Shown here: positions 46,568 through 52,952 of the stretch, in pieces
How positions within the stretch are numbered: position 1 is the first letter of the stretch
How the letters are laid out: each line of letters starts with the position of its first letter
Assembly: GCA_028691435.1 (NCBI GenBank)
Contig: JAQUZG010000002.1
Span: 1 to 52,952 of the forward strand
DNA from: Candidatus Iainarchaeum sp.
GTDB lineage: Archaea; Iainarchaeota; Iainarchaeia; Iainarchaeales; JAAZKV01
Direction of reading: 5' to 3'
Length of the DNA stretch: 52,952 nt
The notes under the pieces: model-generated
What the model saw: the letters and a program-made list of their open reading frames with translations, nothing else
What the model was told of the DNA's origin: nothing
The model's database searches: none
Made by a program: the position numbers and the translations under genes

Positions 46568-47086
46568 TCACAAATGTTTTTGTCTTTTTAGTCTTGCATT
46601 TTTATATGCATTTACTGCGTTTTGAACTTTTTGTTGTTCAACAAAAACATCACTTTCAATTAAAAAATTTTTTTCTACATCAGCCAAATGCTTTTTAGTA
46701 TTATATAAATTTGATCTAAGTTTTGAAAACTTTCTAAATCTTTTAATACGCGCTTCTTGAACAGCTTTAATTAAATTAGATTTAATTTTTCTAAGAATTT
46801 TTGCAAAGTTAGGATCAGATTTTAAATCAGCAATAGTTTGACCAGGTAAAAAATATTTTACTAATTCTTTATTGAGCAAAGAAGTAAGCCAAGGGGCTAA
46901 TTTTTGATTATTTCCAATCCCCCTAATATTTGCATTATAGCCAAATGTTTCGCGAATAAATTCATCAACTATTCTTCTAGACACAGACACATAATTTGGT
47001 TTAGGCTGTTTTTCTTGATTATTGGTGCTGTCTAATTTAGCAACAATGGGCCGTTTTTTTACAACAACCTTTTTGGAATTATCCAT
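46568..47086 (-). CDS. Orphan basic hypothetical protein
   Basis: 172-aa Lys/Arg-rich ORF, likely helical; no family recognised. Confidence 0.65.
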   Translation of the reverse strand: MDNSKKVVVKKRPIVAKLDSTNNQEKQPKPNYVSVSRRIVDEFIRETFGYNANIRGIGNNQKLAPWLTSLLNKELVKYFLPGQTIADLKSDPNFAKILRKIKSNLIKAVQEARIKRFRKFSKLRSNLYNTKKHLADVEKNFLIESDVFVEQQKVQNAVNAYKNARLKRQKHL

Positions 47087-47203
47087 ATAAAACAGATAAA
47101 TAATCTAAATATAAATTCATATTATGCAAAAGCCATTTAGAAAAACTATTTAAATATAAGCTAATCCAAATTATATAGTTAACAAAGTTAATCAAATAAT
47201 TTT

Positions 47204-47396
47204 GGGGTTTTAGTGTAGTGGTATCACGGTTCCCTCCAGAAAACTTTTTACAAAAGTTTATCAAAATAGTGATTTTGTTAAACCAAAAAAATTGTAAAAA
47301 ACAATCCAAATTTTCTTTTGGGTTGCATAACCTTTTCTTTTCATAAAAGAAAAGGGTAGCGAGGAACAGATAGGGGTCCAATTCCCCTAAACCCCA
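47204..47396 (+). tRNA. trnW: tRNA-Trp(CCA) with an intron at 37/38
   Basis: Acceptor stem GGGGTTT/AAACCCC plus A73; D stem GTG/CAC; anticodon stem GTTCC/GGAAC with loop CT-CCA-G|A; T stem AGGGG/CCCCT. Exons 47204-47239 and 47362-47396; CCA end not encoded. Confidence 0.92.
47240..47361 (+). other. 122-nt tRNA intron composed of four hairpins
   Basis: Stems at 47241-47259, 47262-47277, 47281-47324 and 47331-47355; relaxed bulge-helix-bulge junction. Confidence 0.85.
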
Positions 47397-47478
47397 ATAA
47401 AAAATTAATCATTTTGGGAATGCAAACACTTTAAGAAAGGGTTTGCGGGTCAACATTCCCCTAAACCCCAATAAAAAA
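47381..47478 (+). repeat. 24-bp direct repeat of the tRNA-Trp 3' end
   Basis: ATTCCCCTAAACCCCAATAAAAAA at 47381-47404 and 47455-47478, each preceded by GGGTC. Confidence 0.9.
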
Positions 47479-47576
47479 ATTTAAACAAAAAATTTAAAGT
47501 TTAAAAAATCACTAATTTTCCAAAACAAAAAGTATTATTAATAATATTAATTCTAATTAATATAGAAGTGAAAAAA

Positions 47577-48668
47577 ATGCAAGAACAGAAAGTAAATGTT
47601 GATCCATGGGGAAAAGCTCTTGTGCAAGATTATACTAGACTAATGAAAGAATTTGGTATGAAAGAAATTAGCAGTTATCCTAATGAAAGTTTACAATTTA
47701 GACGAGGAGTTAATTTTGCTGAACAAGGAATGCAGGATGTAATTAATGCAATTAATGAAAAAAAGAATTTTTATTGTTTGACTGGAATAATGCCTTCAAA
47801 TACACAAATTCATTTAGGAACTGCAACTGTAATTGAGAATGTAAAATATTTTCAAGAAATGGGTGCAAAAACTTATGTGTTAATTGCTGATGTTGAAAGT
47901 CAAGCTACAAGAAATGTTTCAATAGAAGAAGGAAAAAAAAGAGCAATGGAATTTCACATACCTGCATATATTGCACTTGGACTTGATATTAAAAAAACTA
48001 ATTTTTATTTTCAAAGTGAAAATAAAGAAGTTAGTAACTTAGCTGCAATTTGTTCTCAAAAAATAACTGAAAATGAATTTAGAGCAATTTATGGTTCTCT
48101 TCATCCTTCAAAAGTAATGAGTGCATTTACACAAATGGGAGATATACTTCATCCACAACTTCAAGAGCGAATGCCTGGGGTTATTCCAGTCGGAATTGAT
48201 CAAGCACCACATATTAGAATGGTAAGAGATGTCGCAAGAAGATTAGGAGATTACAAATTCTTTTTACCAGGAGCAGTTTTTAACAAATATACTTCTTCAC
48301 TTGATGGTTCTTTTAAAATGAGTAAAAATGAATCAGTTGGAAAACTTGATATTCCTGAAAAAAATGAAATTGATTTAGAAAAAAAATTAAAAAAAGCATT
48401 TACCGGTGGACGAGCAACTAAAGAAGAACAACAAAAACTTGGTGGGCAACCTGAAATTTGTATTGCTTTTGAATATTGTAAATTTCATTTTATAAAAGAT
48501 GATAAAAAGTTAGATGAAATGTATCAAAATTGTAAGAATGGAAAAACACTTTGTGGTGAATGTAAACAAAAATATTTAATTGACGGCGCAAAAGAATTTT
48601 ATAAAGATTTTGATAAGAAATTTGAAAACGCAAGAAAAAATATTGGAAAAGTAAAATTTATTGAATAA
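47577..48668 (+). CDS. trpS: Tryptophanyl-tRNA synthetase
   Basis: VDPWG, TGIMPS, HLGT (HIGH), PVGIDQAPHIR, KMSKN (KMSKS), AFTGGR, LCGECKQ motifs. Confidence 0.93.
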   Translation: MQEQKVNVDPWGKALVQDYTRLMKEFGMKEISSYPNESLQFRRGVNFAEQGMQDVINAINEKKNFYCLTGIMPSNTQIHLGTATVIENVKYFQEMGAKTYVLIADVESQATRNVSIEEGKKRAMEFHIPAYIALGLDIKKTNFYFQSENKEVSNLAAICSQKITENEFRAIYGSLHPSKVMSAFTQMGDILHPQLQERMPGVIPVGIDQAPHIRMVRDVARRLGDYKFFLPGAVFNKYTSSLDGSFKMSKNESVGKLDIPEKNEIDLEKKLKKAFTGGRATKEEQQKLGGQPEICIAFEYCKFHFIKDDKKLDEMYQNCKNGKTLCGECKQKYLIDGAKEFYKDFDKKFENARKNIGKVKFIE

Positions 48669-48783
48669 ATTAATCTAATTTACAAACACTTTTAGTAAGT
48701 TAAACAAAAAATGAATAAACTGATTATTGAATTGTCAAAAAGAAAGTTTTAATACTATAAATTCATTTAATATAATAGATATT

Positions 48784-50091
48784 ATGTTAAATCAAAATTA
48801 CAAATTAATAACATTAGTTTGCTTAATTATGTTATCATCAATGGTTTTTTCAATTTCAACTAACGAAGCAATTAGTGAAGTTACAAATAGAGGTTATTTA
48901 CTTGATAATGAAAGTGCAACAATTCTAAACCCAATTACTACAATTAGTTATGATGAATCAAATTATTATGTTGTTGTTGGAATTAATAATAATCAACCAA
49001 CAGTTTATTTACCAATGAATATTGAGACTAAAGAAATTGCTACTAAAGATATTGAAGTCAGTGAATTAATAAAAACACAAATTATTCTTAGTAATATGTA
49101 TGCTTATTCTAATCTAAGTTATATTTATTCAAAAACAAAAAGTGAATATTTTTTAAATTTAGCAAGACTTTTTGAAAATAGTAAATTAAATATTACAACT
49201 GTTAAAACAGCAGTTGAAAAAGATTACAGAATAACAAGCATAGTTAGTAAATTATCAAGTATTGAGGATCAAATTACTCTAACAAGTAATAAATTAACTG
49301 AATTATCACAAGTGATTAGTGATGGATTAAAAGTTCAAGAAGATTTTTTTAAAAGTCCAAAAACAAGCAGTGTATCAAATTATAAAAAATCATTTACTAA
49401 TTATTCAAAAAAAGTTGATGAATTAAAAACAGAGTATAATCAACTTGAAACAGATTTATTAAATTTAAGAAACCAAATTAGTTTAGATACAAATATATCA
49501 AACACTGATAAAACACAATATTATACATTGATTAAATTACCAACAGAATCTTCATCTTTAAGCACATATTTTACAAATAGTATTGAATATCAAACAGACA
49601 TTTTTTCTATATTTTCAAAAGGAGAAAATAACGAAAATGAAGTAAGTAATTTAGAAGACCGAATTCAAAGAAATCTTGCTTGGGAATTAATTTATGCTGA
49701 TAATTCAACAATTAAAAAAATTGATTCTAGATTTAGTACACTTAATTTAATAGCAACTTCAATTTTAAGTGATGATACAAAGGATACTTGGAAAAATCAA
49801 GATGCGGTTAGTGCATTACAAAATAATTTTGATAATGCAAAAAAGAATCTAACTAACGGACAATATGTTAAATCAAAAACTTTTGCTCAAAATTCAATAA
49901 CTAATGTTAAGAGTATTATTGAATCAGGACAAGAAGAAACAAGCAATACATTTGACACAACATTTATTTTTCAAATTGCAATTGGGTTAGCAATAATTCT
50001 TGGAATTTTATTTATTTTTGAAAAAATAATGAAAAGAAAAAAAATTGACGAAATTGAGGGAGAAAATTATGAAAATGAAAAATATTATTAG
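48784..50091 (+). CDS. Secreted helical/coiled-coil protein with C-terminal TM
   Basis: Signal peptide from the ATG at 48784; long heptad-rich body; TM followed by KRKK. Confidence 0.75.
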   Translation: MLNQNYKLITLVCLIMLSSMVFSISTNEAISEVTNRGYLLDNESATILNPITTISYDESNYYVVVGINNNQPTVYLPMNIETKEIATKDIEVSELIKTQIILSNMYAYSNLSYIYSKTKSEYFLNLARLFENSKLNITTVKTAVEKDYRITSIVSKLSSIEDQITLTSNKLTELSQVISDGLKVQEDFFKSPKTSSVSNYKKSFTNYSKKVDELKTEYNQLETDLLNLRNQISLDTNISNTDKTQYYTLIKLPTESSSLSTYFTNSIEYQTDIFSIFSKGENNENEVSNLEDRIQRNLAWELIYADNSTIKKIDSRFSTLNLIATSILSDDTKDTWKNQDAVSALQNNFDNAKKNLTNGQYVKSKTFAQNSITNVKSIIESGQEETSNTFDTTFIFQIAIGLAIILGILFIFEKIMKRKKIDEIEGENYENEKYY

Positions 50092-50890
50092 ATTATTCTT
50101 TTGTTTTGGAATAGTAATTTTCATTATGCTTAATGTAAGTGCCTTATTAGTAAGTACGACTGTTGAAAAAACAAATTTAAAATTAAATGAAATTGATAAA
50201 CTTGAAATAAAAGTTTATAATGATGAAATATACACACTAGAAAATGTTTATCTCTATGTTACTGGTGAGGAAAATATCACATTTATTGATAGTTATCAAA
50301 ACATTACTGGAAAAACAATAGAAAAGTTAAATGCTGGCGAAATGAAAACGTACACTTTTTTATTTAAATTAAATTCAATTGAAAAAAATGATGGAAAAAT
50401 ATTTGTTTATTATGGAAAGAATAATAAAAAAGAACAAGTTAGCGGAACTTATGTTAATTTGATTGAATCTGACAATATTTTAATTAATACAAATACAGAA
50501 TTAAGAGATATTTCAGGATTAACAAAAATTGTAACAGATGTACAAATAATTAATGATTCAAATTATTCTATTTATCAAGTTAGAGGAGAAATAAGACCAA
50601 CTAATAATTATATAATCAACAACAACCAAATGTTTTTTGAAGAAATAAAAAGTGGAGAAGAAAAAAGCTTTGAGTTTATTATTACGCCACCCATTGGAAT
50701 TGAAGGAGAACAAGAAGTAATAATGAATTATGGATATTTTGATAGTGATAAACTAAGTCACTATTTTGAAGAAAAAGAAATAATGATTTTTGGAATTAAT
50801 CAAAAATTAAATTTGATACTTATTGGAGTAACTTTAATTATTATTGCAATTGGAATTTATCTTTGGAAATATACTGGAAAAAGTGGATAA
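50069..50890 (+). CDS. Secreted two-Ig-like-domain protein with C-terminal TM
   Basis: GAGGGAG RBS; signal peptide; IEKLNAGE and EEIKSGEEK CARDB-like motifs; C-terminal TM. Confidence 0.75.
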   Translation: MKMKNIIRLFFCFGIVIFIMLNVSALLVSTTVEKTNLKLNEIDKLEIKVYNDEIYTLENVYLYVTGEENITFIDSYQNITGKTIEKLNAGEMKTYTFLFKLNSIEKNDGKIFVYYGKNNKKEQVSGTYVNLIESDNILINTNTELRDISGLTKIVTDVQIINDSNYSIYQVRGEIRPTNNYIINNNQMFFEEIKSGEEKSFEFIITPPIGIEGEQEVIMNYGYFDSDKLSHYFEEKEIMIFGINQKLNLILIGVTLIIIAIGIYLWKYTGKSG

Positions 50891-50923
50891 ACTAATTAAT
50901 TTAATGAAAACTAAATTTTAAAA

Positions 50924-52000
50924 TTAAATAATTATTTCAACAATATCCTTATGTTTTAATTCATAGTCTGGTCCAACTCTTTGGCCAGGGAATTTTGCAG
51001 AACCCCAAATTTTAGCAGATTTTAAGTTTTTTGCAAAATCTTTATGTAAATGAACTGCAAGATCAGCTAATGTTGAGCCTTTATCTAAATCAAGAGGATC
51101 ATTTAAGTCAGCTTCTTTTCCAGGTTTTTTTGTATAAACCAAAATCTTATTCAACATTAAAAAAATTTGATCTTTTAAATCAATTAATGAATGATCAGTA
51201 ACGTCATAAGAATTAACAAAAATTGCTGACTTATAAACCACACTTTCATTAATTGCTTCACTTACTTGGGAAAGAGATTCAATTTGACCACTAATTATAA
51301 CTGTGGAATTTGCTTTTCCAACACTTTTTAAATAACCAATTAATTGATCAACTGGAAATTTAAGTTTTTCTTTACCAGCCACTTGAACACCTTGAAAAAC
51401 TGAAGGTTTAACTTCAATTGGAGGTCTTTGTCTATTTAAAAAAATTAAAGATGCTTCAAGTTCTTTTTTAATAATTTCTTGTTCTTCTTTACTACCTAAA
51501 ATAATTAAACCATCACTTGATCTTGCTATACTTATTAGTTCTTTTCCATTAGCTTTTCCTGTTGATGATCCCGCTATAATAGCTGGAACTTCAACAAGTT
51601 GTATTTGTGTTCCATCGTAATTCATCATAGCTGGAACAGGTTCAATTGTAGAAAAAGCATATGGTAAAACTTGTGCAACATCTTTGCCAGCAAGCTTATT
51701 TAGTAAAGTAGATTTGCCTGTATTTGGTAATCCAAGAATAACCACTTGTCCAATCCCATCTTTTTTTATAGATAAAGATTGTGTTGACCCCTTTTTTGCA
51801 ACTTGAGTTTTTTGTCTTTCAATATTTGATTTTAAAGCAGAAATTTTTCTATTAATTTCAGCACGTAAATTTTCAGCACCTTTGTGAGATGGAGCTGTTG
51901 ATTTCATTTGTTGAAGAGCAATTAATCTTTCTTCATCAGATGTAGCAGCATCATATTTTGTTTGTGCAGCAATAAATTCAAGTGAAGCATTTGAAGCCAT
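50924..52000 (-). CDS. DRG/OBG-family GTPase with a TGS domain
   Basis: PSHKG N-terminal helices; G1 GLPNTGKST; G2 FSTIEP; C-terminal TGS VYTKKPG...IWGSAKFPGQRVG. Confidence 0.9.
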   Translation of the reverse strand: MASNASLEFIAAQTKYDAATSDEERLIALQQMKSTAPSHKGAENLRAEINRKISALKSNIERQKTQVAKKGSTQSLSIKKDGIGQVVILGLPNTGKSTLLNKLAGKDVAQVLPYAFSTIEPVPAMMNYDGTQIQLVEVPAIIAGSSTGKANGKELISIARSSDGLIILGSKEEQEIIKKELEASLIFLNRQRPPIEVKPSVFQGVQVAGKEKLKFPVDQLIGYLKSVGKANSTVIISGQIESLSQVSEAINESVVYKSAIFVNSYDVTDHSLIDLKDQIFLMLNKILVYTKKPGKEADLNDPLDLDKGSTLADLAVHLHKDFAKNLKSAKIWGSAKFPGQRVGPDYELKHKDIVEIII

Positions 52001-52138
52001 AAAGAAATCACATGAGAAAAAATTTTAAATATGCCTAATTTAAAAAAAATTGAAATAAACAGAAAATAATTAAAAAATTAACAATTAGTTAAGTACCAAA
52101 TTATAAAAAATTTAAAAAAATAGAAATTAATAAAAAGT

Positions 52139-52693
52139 TTATTTTATGTAAATTGCACGAATAACAAAAATTTCTTCAAAAAAGAATTTTTTAGAGTTTA
52201 TGATTTTTGTTATAAATCCTTGATTTTCAAGAATATCAATAATTTCATCAGGATTATTTAATGATGAAACTAAAAGTAAAAGAATAGATCCGTTTACAAT
52301 GTGGTTTGGAAGTTGATTTAAAAATTTATCAATTGTTTCTCTACCTTTTTTTCCACCATCTAAATCTTTCCATTTTATTTTACCAGATGGAACATAGGGG
52401 GGATTAAATGCAATAAAATCAAATTTTTCATTAGATATTTTTGAAAATAAATCACTTTCAACAAATCTTATTGATTGAGTTATTTCATGATTATTTTTTT
52501 GAGATGCAAAAAGAGCTTTATAGTTTATATCTATTGCAAAAATATTTCTTGCTCCTGCTTTATACATCGCTTTTGATTGAATTCCACTCCCTGTGCCCAT
52601 ATCAAGACATTTTTTATTAGTTAAATTTTCTTCAAGAATACATTTTTCAATTAAATAAGAATCTTCTTCTGGAGAATAAACTTCATCAACCAT
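52139..52693 (-). CDS. HemK2/PrmC-like (Mtq2) glutamine methyltransferase
   Basis: VYSPEEDSYL, LDMGTGSG, FNPPYVP, DGGKKGRE motifs. ATG at 52693. Confidence 0.9.
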   Translation of the reverse strand: MVDEVYSPEEDSYLIEKCILEENLTNKKCLDMGTGSGIQSKAMYKAGARNIFAIDINYKALFASQKNNHEITQSIRFVESDLFSKISNEKFDFIAFNPPYVPSGKIKWKDLDGGKKGRETIDKFLNQLPNHIVNGSILLLLVSSLNNPDEIIDILENQGFITKIINSKKFFFEEIFVIRAIYIK

Positions 52694-52828
52694 AATTAAA
52701 TTTAATATACACACAAATAAAAATTAATTGATTGACTAAAAAACAAAAATTAAATTAAAATAATTAATTGATATTAATAAAACGATTAATAAATTAAATA
52801 AATAAGATTAATTTAATTAATAAATAAA

Positions 52829-52952
52829 TTAATTTAAAATAAATAATCTGTCAAATTCTAGTGCATATTTATTTGCAATTTCTTTATCAGCAATTATTAG
52901 AAGATTTTCATTATTGTTTTTTGTTGCATTTGTTGTATAATTAAATGAACCA
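52829..52952 (-). CDS. 3' end (partial) of a phospholipase D/Nuc-family protein
   Basis: Not in the ORF track. Reads GSFNYTTNATKNNNENLLIIADKEIANKYALEFDRLFILN-stop, the GSxN...NxEN tail of PLD-like domains. Confidence 0.75.
   Translation of the reverse strand, partial: GSFNYTTNATKNNNENLLIIADKEIANKYALEFDRLFILN

Noticed and set aside
47079-47381. 100-aa ORF antisense to the tRNA
   Set aside because: Overlaps the tRNA-Trp gene and intron; low-complexity translation.
47381-47478. Possible CRISPR mini-array
   Set aside because: Only two copies, the repeat is the tRNA 3' end, the 50-nt spacer is self-complementary, and no cas genes are present in the window.
38475-47478. A provirus or integrative element bounded by the tRNA-Trp repeat
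   Set aside because: Both repeat copies lie downstream of the tRNA start, valS lies between the tRNA and the ORF6N region, and no integrase or capsid gene was seen.
1-52952. Alternative genetic code
   Set aside because: Conserved genes read through uninterrupted and end at TAA, TAG or TGA (for example hef and RND subunit 1 end at TGA); there is no sign of recoding.

Overview
Very AT-rich, gene-dense archaeal chromosome segment using genetic code 11 (TGA is a stop), with many GGTGA/GGAGG ribosome-binding sites. Archaeal markers are Hef, rpS8e, TFB, RNase HII, NucS, Pus10, archaeal-type ValRS and TrpRS, and an intron-containing tRNA-Trp(CCA). The divergent sequences, orphan basic proteins and many large secreted or membrane-anchored proteins suggest a DPANN archaeon, possibly Iainarchaeota/Diapherotrites (inference, not tested). 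No CRISPR array, rRNA, integrase or transposase was seen. The most notable observations are: (1) tRNA-Trp with a 122-nt multi-hairpin intron, a downstream copy of its own 3' end in a hairpin, and trpS directly after it; (2) a subtilase whose membrane-anchored C-terminus is cut off by a -1 frameshift at a G5 run and whose stalk is strongly enriched in D-x-N tripeptides; (3) a three-gene secreted operon whose 802-aa product has a long Gly/Ala hydrophobic hairpin, next to an ORF6N/PLD-like gene and a Cys-rich Ig-like surface-protein operon; (4) adjacent HAD-like and DapA-like proteins lacking catalytic residues; (5) a PadR-linked split RND operon with a duplicated palindromic operator. All family calls come from motif recognition by eye; no database searches were run.
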